NCBI RefSeq assembly: GCF_039654945.1
Contig: NW_027361824.1
Span: 10,974,001-11,038,000 of the forward strand
Origin: Dendrobates tinctorius
Taxonomy: Eukaryota
Reading direction: 5' to 3'
DNA length: 64,000 nt
Below are positions 36,642-51,680 of this stretch, one piece after another. The notes below the pieces were generated by a model. The model made no database searches, was not told where the DNA came from, and saw only the letters and a list, made by a program, of their open reading frames with translations. Within the stretch, counting starts at the first letter, position 1; each line of letters begins with the position of its first letter. The translations under genes and the position numbers were made by a program.

Positions 36642-36804
36642 CTGCAACCAAAAAATAAAAAAAAAAGAAAAGAAAAATTTTCAAGTGATTAAGTATTGAG
36701 CATGCAGCTACAATGCAGGCCTATGTGAGTCCATGATAACAAACCCAGTGTAGCGGGACCCAGCAGTCAGGTGCTACTCTGCCCCCGCTCCCCCTGGTAC
36801 TTAC

Positions 36805-36999
36805 TCGGGGAAGTTTCTGGGGTTCCAAGGTCAATGGCGTTATCAGCGACACCAACGGAGATCCCATTAATGGCGGCTCCGCAGTCCGCCACCACTGCCA
36901 GGCAGGAGGATTTCCCGCAGTCCCATAATCTGGCCGTACCGTCCCTAGAACAGGACACAACGTTCCTTCCCCGATCCACCACGGCCACATCAAGAATAC
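36805..36999 (-). CDS. PAAF1: PAAF1 exon 7 (WD40)
   Basis: 195 nt, ILDVAVVDRGRNVVSCSRDGTARLWDCGKS... Confidence 0.95.
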
Positions 37000-37087
37000 C
37001 TGGGGGGGGGGTGAACGCATCAGATCCCTGAGGGCGACTGTAGAGGTATAGGAGCAGGGGCCTCCAGTAAGCAAAACGGTGACCAAC

Positions 37088-37238
37088 CTCCTTTATGGCC
37101 TCTAAAGGTGACCGGGCAGCTGGCGTCTTCCACAGACCAGATCTTCACTTGGGCATCCATGCCGCCACTTAGGACGACCATCCCGGAGGGGAAGAACCTG
37201 CAGCAATTCACATCATAGACGTGGCCTTCCAGGACTCT
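37088..37238 (-). CDS. PAAF1: PAAF1 exon 6 (WD40)
   Basis: 151 nt, RVLEGHVYDVNCCRFFPSGMVVLSGGMDAQVKIWSVEDASCPVTFRGHKG. Confidence 0.95.
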
Positions 37239-37348
37239 CTAGAGGAGGCAAGAAGCCAAAAATTCACTAAGGCGGCTATAACAGAAAGCTCCCAACCGCA
37301 CAAAACGTGCAAGAAAAGTAGCGTGAATAATATTCAGAAATGGCGCAC

Positions 37349-37447
37349 CCGTGCTTCTCCATTATTGGTCTGCCAAATCTTCATCGATCCATCGGTGCTA
37401 GTGGAGACGCCGAGACCACCGCCACTAGAAACATCAAGACAAGTGAC
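37349..37447 (-). CDS. PAAF1: PAAF1 exon 5
   Basis: 99 nt, VTCLDVSSGGGLGVSTSTDGSMKIWQTNNGEAR. Confidence 0.94.
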
Positions 37448-37460
37448 CTGCAAGATGGTG

Positions 37461-40400
37461 AATTATAGTAGATATATTACTGTATACAGGGGCAGTATTA
37501 TAGTAGTTATATTCTTGTACATAGGAGCAGTATTATAGTAGTTATATTCTTGTATATAGGGGCAGTATTATAGTAGTTACAGAATATTCTTGTACACAGG
37601 GGGCAGTATTATAGTAGTTATATTATTGTACATAGGAGCAGTATTATAGTAGTTATATTCTTGTACATAGGAGCAGTATTATAGTAGTTATATTCTTGTA
37701 CATAGGAGCAGTATTATAGTAGTTATATTCTTGTACATAGGAGCAGTATTATAGTAGTTATATTCTTGTATATAGGGGGCAGTATTATAGTAGTTATATT
37801 ATTGTACATAGGGGGCAGTATTATAGTAGTTATATTCTTGTACATAGGGGGCAGTATTATAGTAGTTATATTCTTGTACATAGGGGGCAGTATTATAGTA
37901 GTTATATTCTTGTACATAGGAGCAGTATTATAGTAGTTACAGAATATTCTTGTACATAGGGGGCAGTATTATAGTAGTTATATTATTGTATATAGGAGCA
38001 GTATTATAGTAGTTATATTCTTGTATATAGGGGCAATATTATAGTAGTTATATTATTGTACATAGGGGGCAGTATTATAGTAGTTATATTCTTGTACATA
38101 GGGGGCAGTATTATAGTAGTTATATTCTTGTACATAGGGGGCAGTATTATAGTAGTTATATTCTTGTACATAGGAGCAGTATTATAGTAGTTATATTATT
38201 GTACATAGGGGCAGTATTATAGTAGTTATATTCTTGTATATAGGGGGCAGTATTATAGTAGTTATATTCTTGTATATAGGGGCAGTATTATAGTAGTTAT
38301 ATTCTTGTACATAGGAGCAGTATTATAGTAGTTATATTATTGTACATAGGGGCAGTATTATAGTAGTTATATTCTTGTATATAGGGGGCAGTATTATAGT
38401 AGTTATATTCTTGTACATAGGGGCAGCATTATAGTAGTTATATTCTTGCACATAGGGGCAGTATTATAGTAGTTATATTCTTGTATATAGGGGGCAGTAT
38501 TATAGTAGTTATATTCTTGTACATAGGGGGCAGTATTATAGTAGTTATATTCTTGTACATAGGAGCAGTATTATAGTAGTTATATTATTGTACATAGGGG
38601 CAGTATTATAGTAGTTATATTATTGTATACAGGGGGCAGTATTATAGTAGTTATATTCTTGTATATAGGGGCAGTATTATAGTAGTTATATTCTTGTACA
38701 TAGGGGGCAGTATTATAGTAGTTATATTCTTGTACATAGGAGCAGTATTATAGTAGTTATATTCTTGTATATAGGGGGCAGTATTATAGTAGTTATATTC
38801 TTGTACATAGGGAGCAGTATTATAGTAGTTATATTCTTGTACATAGGAGCAGTATTATAGTAGTTATATTCTTGTATATAGGAGGCAGTATTATAGTAGT
38901 TATATTCTTGTACATAGGAGGCAGTATTATAGTAGTTATATTCTTGTACATAGGGGCAGCATTATAGTAGTTATATTCTTGCACATAGGGGCAGTATTAT
39001 AGTAGTTATATTATTGTACATAGGGGCAGTATTATAGTAGTTATATTCTTGTATATAGGGGGCAGTATTATAGTAGTTATATTCTTGTACATAGGGGGCA
39101 GTATTATAGTAGTTATATTATTGTACATAGGGGCAGTATTATAGTAGTTATATTCTTGTATATAGGGGGCAGTATTATAGTAGTTATATTCTTGTACATA
39201 GGGGGCAGTATTATAGTAGTTATATTCTTGTACATAGGGGCAGTATTATAGTAGTTATATTCTTGTACATAGGGGGCAGTATTATAGTAGTTATATTCTT
39301 GTATATAGGGGCAGTATTATAGTAGTTATATTCTTGTACATAGGGGGCAGTATTATAGTAGTTATATTATTGTACATAGGGGCAGTATTATAGTAGTTAT
39401 ATTCTTGTATATAGGGGGCAGTATTATAGTAGTTATATTCTTGTACATAGGGGCAGCATTATAGTAGTTATATTCTTGCACATAGGGGCAGTATTATAGT
39501 AGTTATATTCTTGTACATAGGGGGCAGTATTATAGTAGTTATATTCTTGTACATAGGGGGCAGTATTATAGTAGTTATATTCTTGTACATAAAGGCAGTA
39601 TTATAGTAGTTATATTCCTGTACATAGGAGCAGTATTATAATAGCTATATTCTTGTACATAGGGAGCAGTATTATAGTGGTTATATTCTTGTACATAGGG
39701 AACAGTATTATAGTAGTTATATTATTGTACATAGGGAACAGTATTATAGTAGTTATATTATTGTACATAGGAGCAGTATTATAGTAGTTATATTATTGTA
39801 CATAGGGAACAGTATTATTGTAGTTATATTATTGTACATAGGGGCAGTCTTATAGTAGTTATATTCTTGTACATAGGGGGCAGTGTTATAGTAGTTATAT
39901 TCTTGTACATAGGAGGCAGTATTATAGTAGTTATATTCTTGTACATAGGGGCAGTATTATAGTAGTTATATTCTTGTATATAGGGGGCAGTATTATAGTA
40001 GTTATATTCTTGTACATAGGGGCAGTATTATAGTAGTTATATTCTTGTACATAGGAGCAGTATTATAGTAGTTATATTCTTGTATATAGGGGGCAGTATT
40101 ATAGTAGTTATATTCTTGTACATAGGGGCAGTATTATAGTAGTTATATTCTTGTACATAGGAGCAGTATTATAGTAGTTATATTCTTGTACATAAAGGCA
40201 GTATTATAGTAGTTATATTCCTGTACATAGGAGCAGTATTATAATAGCTATATTCTTGCACATAGGGAGCAGTATTATAGTGGTTATATTCTTGTACATA
40301 GGGAACAGTATTATAGTAGTTATACTATTGTACATAGGGAACAGTATCATAGTAGTTATATTATTGTACATAGGAGCAGTATTATAGTAATTATATTATT

Positions 40401-43400
40401 GTACATAGGGGGCAGTATTATAGTAGTCATATTCTTGTACATAGGGGCAGTATTATAGTAGTTATATTCTTGTGCATAGGGGCAGTATTATAGTAGTTAT
40501 ATTCCTGTACATAGGAGCAGTATTATAATAGCTATATTCTTGTACATAGGAGCAGTATTATAATAGCTATATTCTTGTACATAGGGGCAGTATTATAGTA
40601 GTTATATTCTTGTACATAGGGGGCAGTATTATAGTAGTTATATTCTTGCACATAAAGGCAGTATTATAGTAGTTATATTCTTGTACATAGAAGCAGTATT
40701 ATAGTAGTTATATTCTTGTACATAAAGGCAGTATTATAGTAGTTATATTCTTGTACATAGGGGCAGTATTATAGTAGTTATATTCTTGTACATAGGAGCA
40801 GTATTATAGTAGCTATATTCTTGTATATAGGGGCAGTATTATAGTAGTTACAGAATATTCTTGTACATAGGGGGTAGTATTATAGTAGTTATATTCTTGT
40901 ACATAGGAGCAGTATTATAGTAGTTATATTCTTGTACATAGGAGCAGTATTATAGTAGCTATATTCTTGTATATAGGGGGCAGTATTATAGTAGTTATAT
41001 TATTGTATATAGGGGGCAGTATTATAGTAGTTATATTCTTGTACATAGGGGGCAGTATTATAGTAGTTATATTCTAGTACATAGGAGCAGTATTATAGTA
41101 GTTACAGAATATTCTTGTACATAGGGGGCAGTATTATAGTAGTTATATTATTGTATATAGGAGCAGTATTATAGTAGTTATATTCTTGTATATAGGGGCA
41201 GTATTATAGTAGTTATATTCTTGTACATAGGGGGCAGTATTATAGTAGTTATATTCTTGTACATAGGAGCAGTATTATAGTAGTTATATTATTGTACAAA
41301 GGGGCAGTATTATAGTAGTTATATTCTTGTATATAGGGGGCAGTATTATAGTAGTTATATTCTTGTATATAGGGGCAGTATTATAGTAGTTATATTCTTG
41401 TACATAGGGGGCAGTATTATAGTAGTTATATTCTTGTACATAGGAGCAGTATTATAGTAGTTATATTATTGTACATAGGGGCAGTATTATAGTAGTTATA
41501 TTCTTGTATATAGGGGGCAGTATTATAGTAGTTATATTCTTGTACATAGGGGCAGCATTATAGTAGTTATATTCTTGCACATAGGGGCAGTATTATAGTA
41601 GTTATATTCTTGTATATAGGGGGCAGTATTATAGTAGTTATATTCTTGTACATAGGGGGCAGTATTATAGTAGTTATATTCTTGTACATAGGAGCAGTAT
41701 TATAGTAGTTATATTATTGTACATAGGGGCAGTATTATAGTAGTTATATTATTGTATATAGGGGGCAGTATTATAGTAGTTATATTCTTGTATATAGGGG
41801 CAGTATTATAGTAGTTATATTCTTGTACATAGGGGGCAGTATTATAGTAGTTATATTCTTGTACATAGGAGCAGTATTATAGTAGTTATATTATTGTACA
41901 TAGGGGCAGTATTATAGTAGTTATATTCTTGTATATAGGGGGCAGTATTATAGTAGTTATATTCTTGTACATAGGGGCAGCATTATAGTAGTTATATTCT
42001 TGCACATAGGGGCAGTATTATAGTAGTTATATTCTTGTATATAGGGGGCAGTATTATAGTAGTTATATTCTTGTACATAGGGGGCAGTATTATAGTAGTT
42101 ATATTCTTGTACATAGGGGGCAGTATTATAGTAGTTATATTCTTGTACATAAAGGCAGTATTATAGTAGTTATATTCCTGTACATAGGAGCAGTATTATA
42201 ATAGCTATATTCTTGTACATAGGGAGCAGTATTATAGTGGTTATATTCTTGTACATAGGGAACAGTATTATAGTAGTTATATTATTGTACATAGGGAACA
42301 GTATTATAGTAGTTATATTATTGTACATAGGAGCAGTATTATAGTAGTTATATTATTGTACATGGGAGCAGTATTATAGTAGCTATATTATTGTACATAG
42401 GGGCAGTATTATAGTAGTTATATTATTGTACATAGGGAACAGTATTATAGTAGTTATATTATTGTACATAGGGGCAGTCTTATAGTAGTTATATTCTTGT
42501 ACATAGGGGGCAGTGTTATAGTAGTTATATTCTTGTACATAGGAGGCAGTATTATAGTAGTTATATTCTTGTACATAGGGGCAGTATTATAGTAGTTATA
42601 TTCTTGTATATAGGGGGCAGTATTATAGTAGTTATATTCTTGTACATGGGGCAGTATTATAGTAGTTATATTCTTGTACATAGGGGGCAGTATTATAGTA
42701 GTTATATTCTTGTACATAAAGGCAGTATTATAGTAGTTATATTCCTGTACATAGGAGCAGTATTATAATAGCTATATTCTTGCACATAGGGAGCAGTATT
42801 ATAGTGGTTATATTCTTGTACATAGGGAACAGTATTATAGTAGTTATATTATTGTACATAGGGAACAGTATTATAGTAGTTATATTATTGTACATAGGAG
42901 CAGTATTATAGTAGTTATATTATTGTACATAGGGGGCAGTATTATAGTAGTTATATTCTTGTACATACGGGCAGTATTATAGTAGTTATATTCTTGTGCA
43001 TAGGGGCAGTATTATAGTAGTTATATTCCTGTACATAGGAGCAGTATTATAATAGCTATATTCTTGTACATAGGAGCAGTATTATAATAGCTATATTCTT
43101 GTACATAGGGGCAGTATTATAGTAGTTATATTCTTGTACATAGGGGCAGTATTATAGTAGTTATATTCTTGTACATAGGGGCAGTATTATAGTAGTTATA
43201 TTCCTGTACATAGGAGCAGTATTATAATAGCTATATTCTTGTACATAGGGGCAGTATTATAGTAGTTATATTCTTGTACATAGGGGGCAGTATTATAGTA
43301 GTTATATTCTTGTACATAGGGGGCAGTATTATAGTAGTTATATTCTTGTACATAGGAGCAGTATTATAGTAGTTATATTCTTGTTCATAGGGGGCAGTAT

Positions 43401-43975
43401 TATAGTAGTTATATTCTTGTACATAGGGGCTGTATTATAGTAGTTACATTCTTGTACATAGGAGCAGTATTATAGTAGTTATATTCTTGTACATAGGGGC
43501 TGTATTATAGTAGTTACATTCTTGTACATAGGAGCAGTATTATAGTAGTTATATTCTTGTACATAGGGGCTGTATTATAGTAGTTATATTCTTGTACATA
43601 GGAGCAGTATTATAGTAGTTATATTCTTGTACATAGGGGGCAGTATTATAGTAGTTATATTCTTGTACATAGGGGGCAGTATTATAGTAGTTATAGTCTT
43701 GTACATAGGGGCAGTATTATAGTAGTTATATTCTTGTACATAGGGGCTGTATTATAGTAGTTATATTCTTGTACATAGGAGCAGTATTATAGTAGTTATA
43801 TTATTGTACATAGGGGCAGTATTATAATAGTTATATTCTTGTATATAGGAGGCAGTATTATAGTAGTTATATTCTTGTATATAGGAGGCAGTATTATGGT
43901 AGTTATATTCTTGTACATAGGGAGCAGTATTATAGTACTTATATTATTGTACATAGGGGGCAGTATTATAGTATT
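37461..43975. repeat. 33-34-bp AT-rich minisatellite (GGGGCAGTATTATAGTAGTTATATTCTTGTACATA)n
   Basis: 6.5-kb array occupying almost all of PAAF1 intron 4, with higher-order duplicated variant blocks. Confidence 0.98.
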
Positions 43976-44023
43976 GTGTTACATCTTATTGTCAGTGACA
44001 GGTAAGGAATGAGAATACCTTAC

Positions 44024-44113
44024 ACTTTTCTGGTGGACTCTCGGGAAGCTGGTGTAGGGAGCCAGGAATTTGGTGGCAATGTTCTCTGCAGGGCAGGAGA
44101 TGAGGAGAGTTTT
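44024..44113 (-). CDS. PAAF1: PAAF1 exon 4
   Basis: 90 nt, KTLLISCPAENIATKFLAPYTSFPRVHQKS. Confidence 0.93.
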
Positions 44114-44224
44114 CTGTAGGACAGATGAGATGGTTAATGCAGCTTTCCTATGTCTTCACGCTGCCGTCTATGGATGACTGCTTGTTACTGGGGTTTACAG
44201 GTTTATTCTGTGGATATTTTATAC

Positions 44225-44328
44225 CTTAGTGACTTCGAGAACAGAGAAATCCTCGGAGGAGGCGACATTGGGGATCCCGTCAGGACCGATTCCGTCACAC
44301 TTCAGGGTCCCGTAGACTGTCGGCTTCC
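44225..44328 (-). CDS. PAAF1: PAAF1 exon 3
   Basis: 104 nt, GKPTVYGTLKCDGIGPDGIPNVASSEDFSVLEVTK. Confidence 0.93.
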
Positions 44329-44868
44329 CTGTAACACACAGGACTCCTCAATAATTACCAGGTTTCTTATTTACATTCATTGCTGTAAAACCTGCGGGAC
44401 GACCACCATGCCCCCGATAAGACTTTGCCTCAAGCCTGCCAATACGTCTTGATGTCTACCTTTCCAAACTTTAACTTAAAACTAGGCTGCTACTATATCC
44501 CTCCTCCCTCCGTGCTTTACACTGCAGCTCTGCTTGACCAGACTGGCCACTATGCATTCTCTCATTAAAAATTAAGGATTGTATCGACAGCTTCTTAAAA
44601 ATTCACCATTCCCACTTGATAAGCAGATTTCTGCTGTCTTAAAATAATTGGGGACTTCTCTCCCCCAGGGGTCAAGAGTCCCCTATATTACAGTGTCAGT
44701 CATTATGTGACATGTAATACAACATTTCCTCCACAAGGTGTCACTACAGGGTAAACATACAGCAGGGGGTGACGTCCCCGAACAGTCACGAAGCTCGTGG
44801 GGAATGGGGAGGAGCCAATTTGCCCGAACCTTGGCCCCTACCGAGCGCCCTCTCCCAGCCACATTTAC

Positions 44869-44909
44869 CTGGGATCTTGCACGAGACCCACGCCTCGCCT
44901 TCCGCTTTC
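44869..44909 (-). CDS. PAAF1: PAAF1 exon 2
   Basis: 41 nt, KAEGEAWVSCKIP, tttcag / GTAAAT. Confidence 0.9.
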
Positions 44910-45464
44910 CTGAAAGACAAAATGGGAAAATCTGCTATGTGTTTCTGTGTGACTCATAGGGGCGAAAACTACAGAGGTGGTCGAAGAATAGAAAATGAAT
45001 AATTCATCTACCGGACCCCCCGGTTCCTTCACAGTACTGCTTGTGTCCCCCTCCGCTCTCCTCCAGTTTCAGACGGAACTTAACTGCTAATTGGCTTCAG
45101 GGGTCACGTGACATCTGGCGGGGACAAGGGCAGCACCTAGGGGGTCCGGTAGGGAAAGATCTGATTTTTTTTTTTTTAAACCCCTTCCTGCTCCATCGCA
45201 TATATCTAGCCATTGTGGAGTCGGCACAGGAGCCACGTTCACTATTGTTTAACCACGTAAATGCTGCTGACACTCTCTGACTGTCCCCCCAACACTTATT
45301 GAGGCAAGTGGGCCACCATGGCAGCTGAGGGCCTTCCGACAGGGCCGCAGTCACCACCAGTTTGAGTTTTACAAGAGATTATTTCAGTATATGGAAGTGA
45401 AGTATAATGAGATCTAGGAGAACCTATAAGTTCTTTTTTTTATTTTATTTTCTCATTGTCTTAA

Positions 45465-46102
45465 AGGGAACCTGTCACCTATTTTGGCCGCTGTAAGCTG
45501 CAGCCATCGCCTTTCAGGGCTGATACACCGCATTCTATGATACTGTAGAAAAGCCCCCGGTCCGACCAGAAAGATAAGAAAAGTCTTATTATACTCACCC
45601 AGGGGAGCGGTCTAGTGCGGTCCGATGGGTGTCACAGGACCGGGTATGACGCCTCCCATCTTCTTGCAACGCCGCTCTCTTGCTTGCTTCATCGCTCCCC
45701 GGCATCGCGCTCCTGCGCAGGCGCACTTATCTGACCTGTTGAGGGCAGAGTAAAGTCCTGCAGTGCGCAGGCGCCGAACCTCTCTGACCTTTCCCGGCGC
45801 CTGCGCACTGCAGTGCTCTGCTCTGGCCTCAACAGGACAGGTCAGATAAGTGCGCCTGCGCAGGAGCGCGATGAAGCAAGCAAGAGGACGGCATTGCAAG
45901 AAGATGGGAGGCGTCAGACCCGGACCTGCGACACCCATCGGACCACACTAGACCGCTCCCCTGGATGAGTATAATCTAACTTATTTTTCTTATCTTTCTG
46001 GTCAGACCGGGGGCAGATGTACAGCATTATAGAAAGCTGTACATAAGCCCTGAAAGGCGATGGCCGCAGCTTATAGCGGCCAAAACAGGTGACAGGTTTC
46101 CT
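45465..46102. mobile_element. Long palindromic T2/Kolobok-like MITE
   Basis: TTAA|AGGGAACCTGTCACC...GGTGACAGGTTTCCT; whole element folds back; related copy at 55210-55697. Confidence 0.8.
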
Positions 46103-46177
46103 ATAAGAAAATGTATAACATGTATACATAAAAACTATATACAGGTAGATAAAAGTATATAGAAAATATATATATGT

Positions 46178-48248
46178 TGTGAGGTAGTGCTGTTATTCAG
46201 TTAGGGGATTCTCGCTTAGGCGCCACAAAACCAGATCCAGCATGGGTATTCATAAAGCTGTATAGTCCATGAGGTTTATTCATCATCATAAACCAAAGCA
46301 ATAAGCAACAGCAGAGTGTCCATTGTAGCTTCACTCTGGAAACGCTGTGTTCACACAGGTTGTACAATGTCCAATACGCAGGCTTTTCAGCCTCACAGTT
46401 ATATCTCACCCCGTCAGGGTTCTCTCATGGCTGCTTCTCCATAATGCACACATTCATTCCCTCCAGGGAACTCTCAGGCACTTGCTGCCATTAAACACGG
46501 CGTCCACACGTGCGGTCAGGCAGGAAGCCCCATCTCAGCTGGACCTTCCACACTGGACCAACCAGGACCCAGCATTCACCCCACGTGACTTATCCTGGCC
46601 AAATTACAGTTGTGGCCAAAAGTATTGACACCCCTGCAATTCTGTCAGATAATACTCAGTTTCTTCCTGAAAATGATTGCAAACACAAATTCTTTGGTAT
46701 TATTATCTTCATTTAATTTGTCTTAAATGAAAAAACACAAAAAGAATTGTCCTAAAGCCAAATTGGATATAATTCCACACCAAACATAACAAAGAGGGTG
46801 GACAAAAGTATTGGCACTGTGCGAAAAATCATGTGATGCTTCTCTAATTTGTGTAATTAACAGCACCTGTAACTTACCTGTGGCACCGAACAGGTGTTGT
46901 CAATAACTAAATCACACTTGCAGCCAGTTGACATGGATTAAAGTTGACTCAACCTCTGTCCTGTGTCCTTGTGTGTACCACATTGAGCATGGAGAAAAGA
47001 AAGAAGACCAAAGAACTGTCTGAGGGCTTGAGAAACCAAATTGTGAGGAAGCATGAGCAATCTCAAGGCTACAAGTCCATCTCCAAAGACCTGAATGTTC
47101 CTGTGTCTACCGTGCGCAGTGTCATCAAGAAGTGTAAAGCCCATGGCACTGTGGCTAACCTCCCTAGATGTGGACGGAAAAGAAAAATTGACAAGAGATT
47201 TCAACGCAAGATTGTGCGGATGTTGGATAAAGAACCTCGACTAACATCCAAACAAGTTCAAGCTGCCCTGCAGTCCGAGGGTACAACAGTGTGCATGGCA
47301 TTATGAAGTCTGAAGACTACCAACAAATTTTGCAGCATAATGTAGGGCCCAGTGTGAGAAAGCTGGGTCTCCCTCAGAGGTCATGGGTCTTCCAGCAGGA
47401 CAATGACCCAAAACACACTTCAAAAAGCACTAGAAAATGGTTTGAGAGAAAGCACTGGAGACTTCTAAGGTGGCCAGCAATGAGTCCAGACCTGAATCCC
47501 ATAGAACACCTGTGGAGAGATCTAAAAATGGCAGTTTGGAGAAGGCACCCTTCAAATATCAGGGACCGGGAGCAGTTTGCCAAAGAAGAATGGTCTAAAA
47601 TTCCAGCAGAGCATTGTAAGAAACTCATTGATGGTTACCGGAAGCGGTTGGTCGCAGTTATTTTGGCTAAAGGTTGTGCAACCAAGTATTAGGCTGAGGG
47701 TGCCAATACTTTTGTCTGGCCCATTTTTGGAGTTTTGTGTGAAATGATCAAAGTTTTGCTTTTTGCTTCATTCTCTTCTGTGTTTTTTCATTTAAGACAA
47801 ATTAAATGAAGATAATAATACCAAAGAATTTGTGTTTGCAATCATTTTCAGGAAGAAACTGAGTATTATCTGACAGAATTGCAGGGGTGTCAATACTTTT
47901 GGCCACAACTGTATATGGTTCATAGCCACGCCCACGGGTCACATGACTATGACCTCATCACAGGTCCTTCAAGCACTTACACACTCTTTACAACAGTGTT
48001 CTTTAAACACACCCCCTGGATGGGTTTGTAGGTAACTGGCCCGCCCATCTCCCTAGTTACCTGGAGACTTCTCCCTGTCACATTAAAGCAGCACCTCAGC
48101 AGTATCACTGCTGATCAACACATAAGTCTCCATCTCAAAGCCACCCACTTTGAGATACATAATGGCCATTCAGTATTCTGCCATTCATCCTTTCTCTTGG
48201 TACATCCACACAGCGCCCCCTAGCGGACACAGCGGTTACTACACCACA
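46178..48248. mobile_element. Probable solo LTR (~760 bp) interrupted by a Tc1
   Basis: TGTGAGGTAGT...ACTACACCACA ends with ATGT TSD; CTCF-like motif CAGCGCCCCCTAGCGG at 48211. Confidence 0.6.
46607..47911 (+). mobile_element. Internally deleted Tc1/mariner element
   Basis: TA flanks; near-perfect inverted repeats CAGTTGTGGCCAAAAGTATTGACACC; N-terminal part (46989-47290) joined to C-terminal part ([16 protein letters not shown], stop 47692), first catalytic Asp region deleted. Confidence 0.93.
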
Positions 48249-48635
48249 ATGTATATAAACAAAAAAATAAAATTAGAATACAGCATATAATAGAAAAACA
48301 GATATTTGTTTAATGTTAAAACATATAAGGAAAATGTTATATATATACACTTTTTTTTACTTTATATATATATTTACTGAAAATATTTTTATTTACATTA
48401 TTTTCCGGCTTATAAGACAACCCCCAACTTTTCCAGTTAAAATATAAAATCTTTTTAAAAGTCGGGGGTCCTCTTATACTCCAGATGTCGTCTTATAGGG
48501 CGGTGCGGAGGAGTGGTCCCAATGACAAGGTGAGGGGACGCCTCATCGGGAAGTTGTAAATGAAGTACCATATCCCTATTACCTCCTTGTGGTGCTCTGT
48601 GCGGCTCCCTGTGCTGGGGGGGGTGGTGGTTTGTG

Positions 48636-49130
48636 GTGGCCGCTCTTTGCGCAGCGTGGGGGGCTCCGCTGGCCGCTCTTTGCGCAGCGTGGGGGGCTCC
48701 GCTGGCCGCCCTTTGCGCAGCGTGGGGGGCTCCGCTGGCCGCCCTTTGCGCAGCGTGGGGGGCTCCGCTGGCCGCCCTTTGCGCAGCGTGGGGGGCTCCG
48801 CTGGCCGCCCTTTGCGCAGCGTGGGGGGCTCCGCTGGCCGCCCTTTGCGCAGCGTGGGGGGTTCCGCTGGCCGCCCTTTGCGCAGCGTGGGGGGCTCCGC
48901 TGGCCGCCCTTTGCGCAGCGTGGGGGGCTCCGCTGGCCGCCCTTTGCGCAGCGTGGGGGGCTCCGCTGGCCGCCCTTTGCGCAGCGTGGGGGGCTCCGCT
49001 GGCCGCTCTTTGCGCAGCGTGGGGGGCTCCGCTGGCCGCTCTTTGCGCAGCGTGGGGGGCTCCGCTGGCTGCTCTTTGCGCAGCGTGGGGGGCTCCGCTG
49101 GCTGCTCTTTGTGCAGCGTGGGGGGCTCTG
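48636..49130. repeat. 33-bp GC-rich minisatellite (GCGCAGCGTGGGGGGCTCCGCTGGCCGCCCTTT)n
   Basis: About 15 near-identical units. Confidence 0.95.
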
Positions 49131-49243
49131 CCAGCATTTCCTCAAAGTCCAGAGGCCCTCGCAGCTCCATTGCTGCGATGCGGTGGCCTCCGGAAAAATG
49201 GGTGCTGGGAGCGGCGCATGCTACATGATACAGATCGGCAACG

Positions 49244-49660
49244 GCTAAAATCTTGTGGGACTTCAAGATCCAGACGGATAAGCAGGTGTTGGCTAACCAA
49301 CCAGACATTGTGATAGTAGACAAGGACCAGAAGACAGCAATGATCGTAGATGTGGCAGCGCCAAGTGACAGCAACATCAGAAAGAAGGAATATGAGAAGC
49401 AGGAGAGATACCAGGGCCTCACAGGAGAACTGGAGGAGACGTGGACGGTGAAGGCAGCAGTGATTCCAGCGGTGATAGGAGCACTGACCCCTAAGATGGA
49501 AGAACGGCTACAACAGATCCCAGGAGCCACATCTGATCTCCGTCCAGAAAAGCGCAATGCTGGGATCAACTAAGATCCTGCACAGAACCCTCCAACTCCC
49601 AGGAGGACCCGAGAATGAGAGAGGACAACAAAGACCACCCCCAGTGGGGCGAGAAGGAAG
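49244..49660 (+). mobile_element. 3' fragment of an RLE-endonuclease non-LTR retrotransposon (R4/Dong/Rex6-like)
   Basis: ILWDFKIQTDKQVLANQPDIVIVDK...IVDVAAP...EKQERYQGL...VIPAVIGAL, a PD-(D/E)xK restriction-like endonuclease tail. Confidence 0.75.
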
Positions 49661-49693
49661 GTTTTTTGTTTTACAAACTAGTCAAATTATGTA

Positions 49694-51288
<1,595 letters not shown>

Positions 51289-51346
51289 TATATGTTTTTT
51301 TTTGTTTTTTTTTTATAGACCGTGTATATATATTTTTTTAAATTTA

Positions 51347-51378
<32 letters not shown>

Positions 51379-51645
51379 TCATAAGTTAAAAAAACAAAAA
51401 TGTGTTTATTGTATTTGCAAGTACATTTTTTAATATATGTTTTAACATTTTTTCTATTTTGTGGTTATATATATATATATATATATATAATACATACATT
51501 TGCTTAAACATATTTACTATAAAAAAATATATATAGTATGTACGTAAAAGTAAAACTATATGTAACATTTTTGTATATACTTTAATAAACAAATATTTTC
51601 TAATATATATTCACTGTATATATTTATATATTATAGAGAGTTATA

Positions 51646-51680
<35 letters not shown>

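Noticed and set aside
48493-49569. 358-aa and overlapping 188-226-aa ORFs
   Set aside because: Produced by a 33-bp stop-free repeat joined to the antisense strand of the RLE relic.
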